Shown here: in pieces, positions 20,991 to 31,331 of the stretch | Layout of the letters: every line of letters begins with the position of its first letter | Numbering within the stretch: the stretch's first letter is position 1 | Assembly: GCA_963837955.1 (NCBI GenBank) | Contig: CAWIPH010000002.1 | Span: 160,001 to 224,000 of the forward strand | Direction: 5' to 3' | DNA length: 64,000 nucleotides | Source of the DNA: an uncultured Verrucomicrobiae bacterium | GTDB lineage: Bacteria > Verrucomicrobiota > Verrucomicrobiia > Chthoniobacterales > JAFAMB01 | Notes under the pieces: model-generated | Database searches by the model: none | Seen by the model: the letters and a program-made list of their open reading frames with translations, nothing else | Told to the model about the DNA's origin: nothing | Translations under genes and position numbers: made by a program

Positions 20991-21383
20991 ATGAGCACTC
21001 ATCGTTGTTGCGAAGTCACTGTGAGCGGTGGCCGCCGCGAGAGGGCCGGAACGCGAACCATGGATGGCGATCGGCGGCTGCCAAAGTTCGCCCGGCGTTG
21101 TTCTGAAATCGCGGGATGGATCGTTCCGAGCGCCACCCTGGCGCTTTTGCCCAAGTGTCCCGTATGTATAGCGACCTACGCTGTGATTGGAACCGGAGTC
21201 GGGCTTTCGGTCTCAACCGTGACCTTTCTGCGGACGCTGCTTGTGATCCTGTGTGTGCTGTTGCTGACATACCTCGTAGCCAAACGCGGGTGGCATTTCA
21301 TCGTATTGATTTTCGAGACGAGGAGAAAAACGGTCAAACAAACGATTGATCGAGCGCTGAACCATTGCGAAAGACAAATATGA
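20991..21383 (+). CDS. Small membrane protein with LLPKCPxC motif
   Basis: Two hydrophobic segments and a CPVC motif; SD-like GAGGA; lies in the operon between DUF899 and YciI. Confidence 0.7.
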   Translation: MSTHRCCEVTVSGGRRERAGTRTMDGDRRLPKFARRCSEIAGWIVPSATLALLPKCPVCIATYAVIGTGVGLSVSTVTFLRTLLVILCVLLLTYLVAKRGWHFIVLIFETRRKTVKQTIDRALNHCERQI

Positions 21384-21787
21384 GCACACAGCCGACAACA
21401 TCCGAATACATGCTGTTATTCCGGAGCGGAGAGTGGGACAAGGATCTCTCCCCGGAAGAGATCCAGAAGATCATGGGCAAATGGAATGCCTGGTTCGAAC
21501 GGTTAAACCAGCAGGGGAAGGTCGTCAGCGCCCACCCTCTCGAGCGTGAGGGGAGGGTCGTTTCCGGGACAAAAGGGCGGCCGGTGGCCGATGGTCCTTT
21601 TGTTGAGTCCAAAGAAGCCATTGGCGGCTATTTCCTGCTGCAAGTCGGTGACCTCGAAGAGGCGGTGAAAATCGCCAAAGAGTGCCCAGCGGTGGAACAT
21701 GGTTTGACCGTTGAAGTCCGGCCGGTGGCGGAGCAGTGCCCGCCCATGCGATGGGCGAACGAGCAACTGACCCAGGCGACCGCTTGA
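21380..21787 (+). CDS. YciI/DGPF-domain protein
   Basis: DGPFVESKEAIGGYF, EA..IAK.CP, VEVRP. Confidence 0.92.
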   Translation: MSTQPTTSEYMLLFRSGEWDKDLSPEEIQKIMGKWNAWFERLNQQGKVVSAHPLEREGRVVSGTKGRPVADGPFVESKEAIGGYFLLQVGDLEEAVKIAKECPAVEHGLTVEVRPVAEQCPPMRWANEQLTQATA

Positions 21788-23076
21788 GCGAATTTCAAGA
21801 TAGCAGTGGCGCGCCCCCAGCAGAAATTTCCCAGTTGGCGGAACATCTCTTTCGCCATGAGGCAGGAAAGCTGGTTTCTGTCCTGACAGGAATCTTTGGA
21901 ATTGACCGCCTGCAATTGGCTGAGGATGTGGTCCAAGAAGCATTGGTCCGTGCGTTGAAGACGTGGCCCTATTATGGGATTCCGAAGAACCCCGCCGCGT
22001 GGATCACCCAAACGGCGAAGAACCTCGCGTTAGACTTGATTCGGCGGGAAAAGCTCTTCCGCGAAAAGCAGCCAGAAATTGTGGCAACCATTGAGCAGTG
22101 GCCGGGCGACTCAGTTGCTGGCGATTCGCCTTTATTCGACAGCGAAATAAGAGACGGCCGTCTGCGGTTAATGTTTGCGTGCTGCCATCCGCTTCTCCCG
22201 CCAGAGGCGCAGACGGCGCTGGCCCTTAAGACACTTTGCGGATTCAGCGCCGCCGAAATCGCGAAGGCATTTCTCACGACCGAGGTGGCGATTGCCAAGA
22301 GACTGACGCGAACCAGGCAAAAAATTCGCGAGCTACACATTCCCTTCGAGATTCCGTCCGGCGATGAGTTTTCAGCTCGTCTGGATGGTGTGCTACAAAC
22401 TCTCTATCTGCTTTTCAACGAAGGTTACAAGGCGTCGAGCGGTGACAGCCTCGTCCGGGAGGAACTGTGCTATGAAGCGATTCGTCTGGCGACATTGCTA
22501 GCCGAGCACCCGATGGGCAATCATCCCCGCACTCATGCTCTGGTCGCGCTGATGTTGTTGAACGGAGCGCGACTCTCCGCGCGAGTAGACACGGAAGGAA
22601 ATATTCTTCGTCTCAAGGAGCAGGATCGGTCGAGTTGGAACAAGGAAATGATCGGGCGCGGGATGTTACACTTAGGCCGATCGGCAGCGGGAGAAGAACT
22701 CAGCGGATACCATCTTCAGGCCGGTATTGCCGCCTGCCATTGCATGGCCGACGACTATGAGTCCACGGATTGGCCGAGAATCTTGTCCCTCTACGATCAA
22801 TGGATGGAGACGAATGATTCTCCGATCGTCGCCCTTAATCGTGCCGTGGCTGTTGCGAATGTGGACGGCCCCAAAGCCGGCATTGCGGCAGTCGAGGCAA
22901 TTCGGAACCGAGGTCAGTTAGATTCGTATTACCTGCTTTATGCGGTCCTCGGCGAGTTCGAGGCGCAACTGCATAACTTCCAGACTGCTACCGACAATTT
23001 CCGGAAGGCGCTGCAACTAACTGAGGTGAAATCGGAACAATCTTTTCTATCGAAACGGCTCCGGGATTGTGAATAG
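21784..23076 (+). CDS. ECF RNA polymerase sigma factor with C-terminal TPR extension (ECF42-like)
   Basis: AEDVVQEA, LRLMFACCHP, LYLLFNEGY, YHLQAGIAACH, VALNRAVA; TTG start overlaps the YciI stop. Confidence 0.9.
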   Translation: MSEFQDSSGAPPAEISQLAEHLFRHEAGKLVSVLTGIFGIDRLQLAEDVVQEALVRALKTWPYYGIPKNPAAWITQTAKNLALDLIRREKLFREKQPEIVATIEQWPGDSVAGDSPLFDSEIRDGRLRLMFACCHPLLPPEAQTALALKTLCGFSAAEIAKAFLTTEVAIAKRLTRTRQKIRELHIPFEIPSGDEFSARLDGVLQTLYLLFNEGYKASSGDSLVREELCYEAIRLATLLAEHPMGNHPRTHALVALMLLNGARLSARVDTEGNILRLKEQDRSSWNKEMIGRGMLHLGRSAAGEELSGYHLQAGIAACHCMADDYESTDWPRILSLYDQWMETNDSPIVALNRAVAVANVDGPKAGIAAVEAIRNRGQLDSYYLLYAVLGEFEAQLHNFQTATDNFRKALQLTEVKSEQSFLSKRLRDCE

Positions 23077-23557
23077 CAGGATCTGCGCATTCGACCTCCT
23101 CTGAGAACTTCGCGATCTCCTGTTCAAACTGAGGTGAAATCGGAACAATAGTTTCCATCGAAAAGACTACAGGATTGTGAATACCAGGATCTGCGCATTC
23201 AACCTCCTCTGGAATCTTCGTGATCTCCTGTTCAAAATGAGGCGAGATCGGAACAATCGTTTCTATCGAAAAGACTCCGGGATTGTGAATAGCAGGATCT
23301 GCACATTCAACCTCTGGGATCTTCGCGATCTCCTGTTCAAAACGAGGCGAGATCGGAACAATCGTTTCTATCGAAAAGACTACGGGACTGTGAACAGCGG
23401 GATCTGCACATTCGACCTCCTCTGGGATCTTCGCGATCTCCTGTTCAAAATGGGGTGAGATCTGAACAATCGTTTCCATCGAAAAGAATACCGGATTGTG
23501 AATAGAGGGGTTTGGCATTTCAACCTCCTCTGGGATCTTCGTGATCTCCTGTTCAAA
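23021..23557. repeat. Five tandem 108-bp repeats (one 105 bp) that begin inside the sigma gene 3' end
   Basis: Units start at 23021, 23129, 23237, 23342 and 23450; each ends GATCTCCTGTTCAAA. Confidence 0.95.
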
Positions 23558-24743
23558 ACTCCGTCTTCGCGGTCTCTTTGTGGAGCATCTGATCGAAAAC
23601 AAGCTTTCCGGCGATCCAGACGCGCTGAACCGCGAATCGGTCATCGAAGAGCACTAAATCAGCAGTTTTACCCGACTGAATTGAGCCAAAACGGTCACCG
23701 ATCCCTAGGATCGTCGCCGGGGTGAGAGAGGCCATGCGCACGGCGTCGAATAGCGGGACATCGGCCCGCTGAATTACGGTTCGGACCAAATCAATCATCC
23801 GAGCCAAACTCCCTGCCAAGGCTGATTCATCTTCAAGCATGGCGTAACCGGGACCAACTTTGGACGCCACGCTCCCAAGTTGGAATTTCGTACCTTCCGG
23901 TAAGCCGGCGCCCGCCAACGAATCTGATACCAGGGCGATTCGCTCAGCACCTTTCGCCCGATACGCTAGTTTCAGTAACGTTGGCGATACATGGAATCCG
24001 TCGGCGACGAGTTCGCAGAAAACATTTTCATCTGCTAACGCGAACTCCAATGTACCGGCCTGCCGGAATAGGCCGCGTTTCGAGGCGCTCGACATCGCGT
24101 TGAACAGGTGGGTTACTTTCTTGAGGCCAACAGCAACCGCGGCTTGCATTTCCTGGTCTGAGGCCTCGGTATGACCGGCGCTCATGGTCACCCCGGCCCG
24201 GGTCGCAGCCTCAATGAGATCCAAAGCGCCGGGCAATTCTGGAGCGATGGTCATTTGGGAAATGCTTCGAGCCCGCGATAGAATCCAATCGCGTTCTTTT
24301 GCTCCGGGCGGGCCCATCAATTTCGGATTCTGAGCGCCCGCTTTCGACCGCGCAAGATGCGGTCCCTCGAGATGTACAGGCAATAGACGGGCTTTGGAGC
24401 TCTGCTTGGCGGTTTGCCAGGCGTCTAAGAAAGAATCGAAGTGATCGTAGGTCGTCGTGGCTGCGGTCGGACAAATAGACGTTGTTCCTCCCGAAAGATG
24501 AAAGTCAGCGGCAGTAAGAAACGCTTCGGCAGTGGCATCTAGAAAGTCTGAACCCCTACCTCCGTGAACGTGAAGGTCGATGAAGCCAGGGGCAAGATAA
24601 GACCCATTCGCGTCCATTCGATCCTGCACGTCCGGAAGAGCGCCCTCGCCGATCGTATGTATCAATTCATCAGCGATCAACAGCCAACCCCGATCCAAGA
24701 CTCGATCGGGCAAAATCAATCTCGCGTTATAGATGCATAGCAT
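23553..24743 (-). CDS. nagA: N-acetylglucosamine-6-phosphate deacetylase
   Basis: PGFIDLHVHG, HLEGP, TIAPE, THLFNAM, ADGFHV, LAGS. Confidence 0.93.
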   Translation of the reverse strand: MLCIYNARLILPDRVLDRGWLLIADELIHTIGEGALPDVQDRMDANGSYLAPGFIDLHVHGGRGSDFLDATAEAFLTAADFHLSGGTTSICPTAATTTYDHFDSFLDAWQTAKQSSKARLLPVHLEGPHLARSKAGAQNPKLMGPPGAKERDWILSRARSISQMTIAPELPGALDLIEAATRAGVTMSAGHTEASDQEMQAAVAVGLKKVTHLFNAMSSASKRGLFRQAGTLEFALADENVFCELVADGFHVSPTLLKLAYRAKGAERIALVSDSLAGAGLPEGTKFQLGSVASKVGPGYAMLEDESALAGSLARMIDLVRTVIQRADVPLFDAVRMASLTPATILGIGDRFGSIQSGKTADLVLFDDRFAVQRVWIAGKLVFDQMLHKETAKTEF

Positions 24744-24982
24744 AGCTTTGCGTCCGCTTAGGGCGTGATAAGTAGCAGGGTCGCTAGCTCACAGAAGTTC
24801 TTGCTCGGAGCAGATAGCAGTCTAGTTCAACCGGCTACAACCAACAATGACGTGAATCAAGGAAGTCAGGATTAACAACAAATTACCGATGACTAGGGGC
24901 TTCTAAGAGATGGCACTCGGCATGCGTTAGCAAGCCGAGTGCCCGCGATTCCTAGAGGCTCACCACAAAATCGCCTAAGGCA

Positions 24983-27625
24983 CTAAAAGCCGACGATTGA
25001 CGCCTGCCATATCCCAAGCCCGTGCGTCGCTGCTCGTAAGATGCGAGTCGGGCTTTGCAGCTTGAGGTCGAACACCTCAACCTTGGGGAAGCCAGTTCCG
25101 AATTTATGCCAGTGCGCTCCTCCGTCGGTCGAAGCGTAGATCCCGAGATCGGTGCCAGCAAAAAGGTGCAGGGTATTTTGAGGATCAATAACCAAGCCAT
25201 TGACTGACACGTCAGGAAGGCCGTGGCCGGCACGTTTCCAGGTAGGTTGCGTATTTGAGGTAAGTGCGGATACCAGGTTGTTCGTTACCCAGACCTGTTC
25301 ACCTTTAGCTAACCCATATCCGTTGAATGCCACATACACGACATTCTGGTTGGTAGGATCGAGAACGATTCGCGTAATATACCCAGGAGGAAGCTGCCCG
25401 GTGATTTCGACGAGGGCCGAGGAGGCCGTTACGGTCGCGAAAACATTTCCGGTATCGAGTCCGACCACACGAATAGTGTCATTTAACGGGGATATGCCGA
25501 TCGCGCTGATAGGAACGCGGACACCTTGGATTTGCAGGATCGGCGCCTGGCTCACGGCAACCATCGTATTACCGCGGTCTGCCGAACGATAGAGCGTGTC
25601 AGTCCCAAAATAGACTGTATTTGGGCTACCGGGACCCAACGCTATCGGCGCGTAGAAATTGACGCTATCCGTAATCGGGATCCCATTGAATTTGTCAGTG
25701 GTCCCGTCGCAATGAACCGTAGGATCTACGCTACCGCCGTAGATGCCCAAAAGCGACCATTGTCCCTCCTGAGCGCAGGAGGTTTTGAGAACACGACCAA
25801 AGCCGATTAAGTCGTTCGTGATATTAAAATAGGTGTGATACATCGTGACGTTTTCGGTATCCGTCGCGCTTTGATCGATGAGCGCATAGCCGCCATCGCC
25901 GAAATCCGCTCTGAAAAACGTGCCGTCCGGGTTTCGGAGAATCGTGCCGTTATCCTGCGTTCCGCCGATGGTGAAGTCGGCATCACTTGGGTGAACAGCC
26001 AGGCTTTCAAACTGAGTCGCTTGAAATCCTGGTGTATTGATGTCCCGCCACGTTTGACCATTGTCCGTTGAAGCCCAAACGCCACCGTCGTTACCCGTGT
26101 AGACCACGTTTGTGGCAGAAGGCGCTATGGCGATAGCGTGACTGTCGGCGTGCAACCCGCTCACGCTTGGCGTGAAGGTCACCCCTCCATTAGTCGAGTA
26201 TTGAAAGATGCCACCGCCCTTCGGAGGTCCGTGGCCGCTTGCAGTCGGGTCCGAAGGGGTCGGGTTGGGAATAGCTTGTCCATCGATGTACATGTAGCCA
26301 TGACCGGGCGGCCCATCGGGATCGACACCGGTCGAACTCACGGTACCGGCCAGATAAACGTTTTGCGGATTCGTTTGATCAATCGCGATGGCGATGTTGT
26401 AAAAGCCTTGGCCCCCAGCGAACCCATTGCCAGCCGGTAAGACCGTGGGGAACGTGGCTCCGCCGTCGGTTGATTTACGTAAAAGGCCCTGATCTAGTTG
26501 CCCCGAGGCGTACTCGTCCGTCGCGGCGATTACGATCAGAGTCCCGGTACCTGGATCCAGGGCACCAGCCAGCTTCACATTGGTGAGGGTTGGCAAATTC
26601 CCATCCGCTGTGCCGGTAACCGTAGCTCGAGTAAAGACAGGCTTAGGCGCCAGCGCGTTGTTGCTGTAGTAAAGGCCGCCTTGGGGATCGAGGTCACCGC
26701 CTGATCCGGTCACTTGACCAAAAACGCTGCAAACCAAATGTTTCGGATTGCTCGGATCTAAAATCGCACCGGTAACGATCGTGTTTGTGCCAGGGCCAAC
26801 TTTCAGTCTTTCAAACGTGTGGCTCCCGGTCAGAAAATTCGTCGAGCGATAAAGGCCGCGTGGAGGTAGAACTGCACCCACGTTTGCGCCCAATCCACCA
26901 ACACCGGACGAACTGGCGCAGAACACTATGTCGTCGTCTTTTGGATCTACCAGAATCTTGACGATGCTTCGATTCGTGAAGACGTCGTTCCCGAGGCCGT
27001 CCAGCTTGTAAGGCCCTTCCAATCGGGGGTGCGTCGAGTTCGCATTCACTACGACATAAACGCCGACACCGAAGTCGCTGTCGCCCGATAAATTGCCTTC
27101 TCCCGTTCCGATAAAGACCTTGGTGGGATCAACGGGATCTACCGTGATCGACCCAACCGCGAAGTTCTTGGCTCCGACGAAGAGAGATGTCCAAGTCTGA
27201 CCGCCGTCGAACGAACGATAAACACCGCCCTGTGCGCCACCAACGTAGACGATGTTCGGATTTGTAGGATCCACATCAATGGCAGAAACTCGCCCGCTCA
27301 CCGGCACCTCCGTGGGTCCATAAGTCTGGCCATTCGGAATGGGACTTGGACCTAGCGAAAACCACTGTGGGCCGGTTTCGAATAAGCGGGATGACAGATT
27401 CCTCCTCGCGAGCTCCCGGCAGCGCTGGGCGGGTATGGCCGGGTAGATTGTTTAGCGTTGGGGGTTTGGAGAACGGTTTTCTGTGGAGTCGCGCCGGATC
27501 GATGGCACCGGCCGGAAGAGCCAGCCAAAGGCTAGCGACGATGGTTACACTCCCAGAAGGGAGCCCGTAAATTCCGAGAGACTTCGGGAAAAGCGTCTCG
27601 GTGTCGAAGGTGTGGAATAATTCAT
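24983..27625 (-). CDS. Secreted BNR/Asp-box beta-propeller protein (WD40/YVTN, sialidase/xyloglucanase-like); two compensating indels near 27419 and 27548
   Basis: Asp-boxes RSFDGGQTW, STDGGATF, STDNGQTW, STDGGAHW; GGTQDNG; C-terminal AATHGLGIW. Manual reconstruction gives MNYSTP..TIVASLWLALPAGA signal then QWFSLGPSPIPNGQT. Confidence 0.8.
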
Positions 27626-27900
27626 AGACTAGACGGATCTGGACGAAGGCCAATCACGGTGCTCCGTTCCAGAAGTGGCAAATGTGGTATCAGGGTCCAA
27701 AGCCGGCTGTCTATCTAAACATTTATGGTAATTATAGTCGATATAGACAAGGCCTTTCTATCAAGTCACCGATTTCTTAGTTAGGTGTCCCGACCGAAGA
27801 GTCTAAGGATGGATCCACTGCCGGCCTTCGATCGAGGCTCTTGTGGGTGCGCCGATCGCCTGCGAGTCAAGATAAGAGGAAGGATATGCCCGAGGGGAGT

Positions 27901-28034
27901 GGGCCCGGCTTGTCCGCCGTAGCCCGGAGGTCGCGCGACGGCGAGGCGAAGGAGGAAGGGACTCAGTGAAAGTAGCCCAGCACGAAGTGCTGGGAAATAA
28001 TGCAAAAAGAGACGTCCGTCCCGCCAGAGGGACG
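27901..28034. repeat. REP element (CCCGGAGGGAC / CCCAGCACGAAGTGCTGGG family) with a 48-bp insert
   Basis: GGGCCCGG[27909-27956]AGGGAC, hairpins CCCAGCAC-GAA-GTGCTGGG and GTCCCGCCAGAGGGAC. Confidence 0.65.
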
Positions 28035-28230
28035 ATAGAAATGTTTTGGCTCCTGGACATCTCGTATGCCCTCACCCGCGTAAGCAGCCGTCGATCGTCC
28101 CATTCCTCCTTCGGCATCCTGACTATGGAGGACAGGCCGGGACGAGTCTTTGCGCAACCCTCTAAGCCCTATGTTGACGCGCATGGGCGATCGCCAGACG
28201 GGCAATGCCCGAAGGAAATGTCAGCCGTCG

Positions 28231-28698
28231 CTACTGCGAAATATGGTCGCTCGGCTGGGCATCACGGCCGAGGTCATCACCCGGGCGCGGTTTTTTTGCA
28301 ATTGGCCGCAAGAACTGCCGGACCGCGTCCTTGTTCGTAATGACGTCCGTAACTTTTATAGATATCACATCGTCCTGCTTCTCGATCGTACCGATCACGA
28401 TCGCTTCCTGGCCGTTCTCCGGCATGACAATCTCGCTGCCCTGTCTGATCGTCGCTGTCAGGGAAAGCCCCGGCGGCTCCTGGACGCCACTTCCTGTTTT
28501 CAAGTCGATGATCGTGAATGTTTTCTGGTTTGGGGAGGGCTTACCGACGATGCCGTGCAGCGCTACCGTTCTTCCTTGATACAGATCGGGATTTGTAATG
28601 AGCGATTGAAAACCGGCAAGTTGAGGTTTTTCCTGAGCAAACAGTGAGCCTGCGACGACACCCGTGGCAGTGAGCAAGATCACTAGAAATCGGTTCAT
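28231..28698 (-). CDS. Exported hypothetical protein (possible OB-fold)
   Basis: Signal peptide MNRFLVILL..LFA; NPD.YQGRTV.L.G.V pattern. Confidence 0.6.
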   Translation of the reverse strand: MNRFLVILLTATGVVAGSLFAQEKPQLAGFQSLITNPDLYQGRTVALHGIVGKPSPNQKTFTIIDLKTGSGVQEPPGLSLTATIRQGSEIVMPENGQEAIVIGTIEKQDDVISIKVTDVITNKDAVRQFLRPIAKKPRPGDDLGRDAQPSDHISQ

Positions 28699-28866
28699 GT
28701 CCTCGCTTCTAATAGACTGATGATCTTGGAATACACAAGGAAAGCTAGTCAATGGAGTGAGCCCTTCACCGGTGTTGAGTGCGGCTAGGTCAAGGTCCCG
28801 CTCACTCGCCGAATAGCAACCGTATTGTAAGGCTAAGTTGGAATAAAGGGTCGTGTCTATCTGCCG

Positions 28867-31308
28867 CTACTCTCTCAGAGCAGTGATCGGACTGATGCGG
28901 GTCGCGCGGAGCGCTGGGAGAAGACAAGCGAGCAATGCGGCCAGACCAAGTACCAACACGGCCAGTCCGAGCGCGACTGGATCGCTGCCTGATACTCCGT
29001 AAAGAATGCTCTCGATGAATCTGGTAAAGATCAGTGCTGCCGGGATGCCAACGACCAATCCGATACACACGAGCTTCAGCCCTTGTCGTGTAACCAATTT
29101 GAGAATGTTCGATGATTGCGCACCCAGAGCGATCCGAACTCCGAACTCTCGTTTCCGTTGGCTAACCGAATAGGCTAGCACACCGTATAAACCGATTGCC
29201 GACAGGAGCAGGGCAGCACCCGAAAACAAACCGACCAGAAGCACTCCAAGCCGTCGAGTCACAAACTTTTTGTCGATCAGGTCATCCAAAGTATCGGCCT
29301 TGGCGACAGGTACGTCCGGATCGATCGATGCCACCACTTTTCGGATGGCGGGCACTAAAGCGGCTGGATCACCGGTCGAGCGCAAAATCAAGATTTCAAA
29401 ATCAAAGTTGTATTGACTGCTCGGAAAATACGCGTGGAAAGCAGCCTGTTGATAGTCCGGGCTATTGTGGCGTATCTCTGGAACCACTCCAATGACGGTG
29501 CAAACATAAGGGATCCCCTCATCACGAACCCCGATCTGCTGGCCAAGCGGGTTCTGCCTTGGAAAAAAACTGTTGGCAAACGCTTCATCGATGATGACGA
29601 CACGCGGGCTATCAAGCTTGTCTTGCGCATCGAAATTGCGGCCTTGTAACAACGGAATTTGCAGCGTCTGAAAATAACTTGGAGAAATCGTATGCCAGGC
29701 CAGTTTCGGTTGATGCCCGGGACCAGGGTCGGGCTGGCCAACCACGCTGAAAGGGGTAGCAAATCCCCAGATCAAATCCCAGTAGAACGGCGGGTTGTCA
29801 TTCAGCGCCGTTTCCGTAACCCCAGGAAGCTGGCGCACCTTTTGCAACATTGCATCCCAGAAAACACCTGCTCGCACCCGGTCCGATCGGTACTTGGTAC
29901 TCGCCAGGTAGAGCTCGGCGGCAAGGATGTGATGAGGATTAAAACCAAGCGGGACGTTTTGGGCAGCCTGGAAGCTGCGCACCAGGAGTCCTGCTCCGAC
30001 CAGCAGCACGCAGGCTAACGCGACCTGTCCAATGATCAAGATGGATTGCGTGCGCTGCCTCTGTGGTCCAATGGTACCGGCACGGCCACCCTCATCTTTG
30101 AGCGCGGAAGCGACATTGGCTTTCGAAAGACTCCAGGCCGGCAGACAGCCCGAGAGTAGTGAGGTGACCGCGGTTACCCCGAAGGCAAACAACAGTGCTC
30201 TGGAGTCGAGGTGAACCCCTTGAAATCGATACTGCAAGCCGTACAGGTCTGGTGGAATAAGCGCTTTGACGGTTCCAATGGTCCAAAGAGCGACCAAGAG
30301 TCCGGCGATCCCACCGAGCAGCGCCAGGAATGTGGTTTCCAAAAGCAGCTGACCGATGAGGCGGAGACGACTCGCCCCGAGCGCGGCTCGAATGGTCATT
30401 TCCTTTCGGCGTTCCAAAGCCCGGGCAAACAACAAATTGGCAACGTTGGCGCAGGAAACTAACAAAAGACAACCCGAAGCGGCGCCAAGCAGCCAGATGG
30501 TTGGGGCGAAATCGTTTACTAAGTTATCAAGCGGGGTAACGACTCGGATGCCGTAGCCCTTATCCGTATCGGGGTATCGAGCACTCAAGTTGTCATGAAT
30601 GATGTCCAACTCTGTTTGGGCTTGAGCGAGGCTGACTCCATCCTTCAATCGGCCAAGACCAGTCGCGATGTGTTGGTCTCGCTGCATCAGGTTGGAACCG
30701 AAAAGTGGAAGCGCATTAACCGGCACATACACGTCACAGGGAGTCCAATAATCGACTTGGGCCGGTACAACGCCGATCACCTGAAACGTGTGATCACTCA
30801 ACGTGAGATTCTGGCCGACGATATTCGGATCGGAATTGAAGCGGGTTCTCCAGAATGCTTCATTTAAAACCACTACCAACGGGCCGCCCGGCACATCCTC
30901 ATTTTCAGTAAATGGTCGACCGAGAATGGAGGGAATTCCGCTTACTTTGAACATGCTAGGAGAAACAAAATCGACATGGAGTCGTTCAGCTTCTCCCTTA
31001 CCAATGAGGTCGAGAGTACCGCTGCACACAATAGCGAGACTGTCGAAGCTATGCTGAGCCGCAGAGATATCCAGGTAGTCAGGATAATCGAGCCCGCTTT
31101 CCCGACCTTGAGCAGTCAGGTACATCTGTATTAACCGGTCTGGCTTTGGGTAGGAAAACGGCCTCAGGAGGACGGCATCAATCACGCTGAAAATTGCGGC
31201 ATTCAGACCGATCCCGAACCCAAGGATCAGCACAGCCGTGATTGTAAATCCGGGCGACTTGAGAAGTAACCACACTGTATGCCGCATGGATTTTAGGAAA
31301 TCGTTCAT
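28867..31308 (-). CDS. ADOP-like duplicated ABC permease (2x MacB-PCD + FtsX), copy 1
   Basis: KSPGFT..AVLILG.GIG.N.AIFS, CANVANLL, R.ALGA.R.RL, GLYGVLAYSVSQR, PA.RATRI.P..ALRE. Confidence 0.92.
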   Translation of the reverse strand: MNDFLKSMRHTVWLLLKSPGFTITAVLILGFGIGLNAAIFSVIDAVLLRPFSYPKPDRLIQMYLTAQGRESGLDYPDYLDISAAQHSFDSLAIVCSGTLDLIGKGEAERLHVDFVSPSMFKVSGIPSILGRPFTENEDVPGGPLVVVLNEAFWRTRFNSDPNIVGQNLTLSDHTFQVIGVVPAQVDYWTPCDVYVPVNALPLFGSNLMQRDQHIATGLGRLKDGVSLAQAQTELDIIHDNLSARYPDTDKGYGIRVVTPLDNLVNDFAPTIWLLGAASGCLLLVSCANVANLLFARALERRKEMTIRAALGASRLRLIGQLLLETTFLALLGGIAGLLVALWTIGTVKALIPPDLYGLQYRFQGVHLDSRALLFAFGVTAVTSLLSGCLPAWSLSKANVASALKDEGGRAGTIGPQRQRTQSILIIGQVALACVLLVGAGLLVRSFQAAQNVPLGFNPHHILAAELYLASTKYRSDRVRAGVFWDAMLQKVRQLPGVTETALNDNPPFYWDLIWGFATPFSVVGQPDPGPGHQPKLAWHTISPSYFQTLQIPLLQGRNFDAQDKLDSPRVVIIDEAFANSFFPRQNPLGQQIGVRDEGIPYVCTVIGVVPEIRHNSPDYQQAAFHAYFPSSQYNFDFEILILRSTGDPAALVPAIRKVVASIDPDVPVAKADTLDDLIDKKFVTRRLGVLLVGLFSGAALLLSAIGLYGVLAYSVSQRKREFGVRIALGAQSSNILKLVTRQGLKLVCIGLVVGIPAALIFTRFIESILYGVSGSDPVALGLAVLVLGLAALLACLLPALRATRISPITALRE

Positions 31309-31331
31309 CTGTTCTGGGAGTGATCCATTAG

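Noticed and set aside
23021..23557. Possible CRISPR array
   Set aside because: Whole units are similar end to end, with no unique spacers and no cas genes in the window
22988..23644. 218-aa minus-strand ORF with 36-aa repeats
   Set aside because: It overlaps both the sigma gene and nagA, and many inter-unit changes are nonsynonymous in this frame but synonymous in the sigma frame. Best explained as a shadow of the 108-bp DNA repeat.
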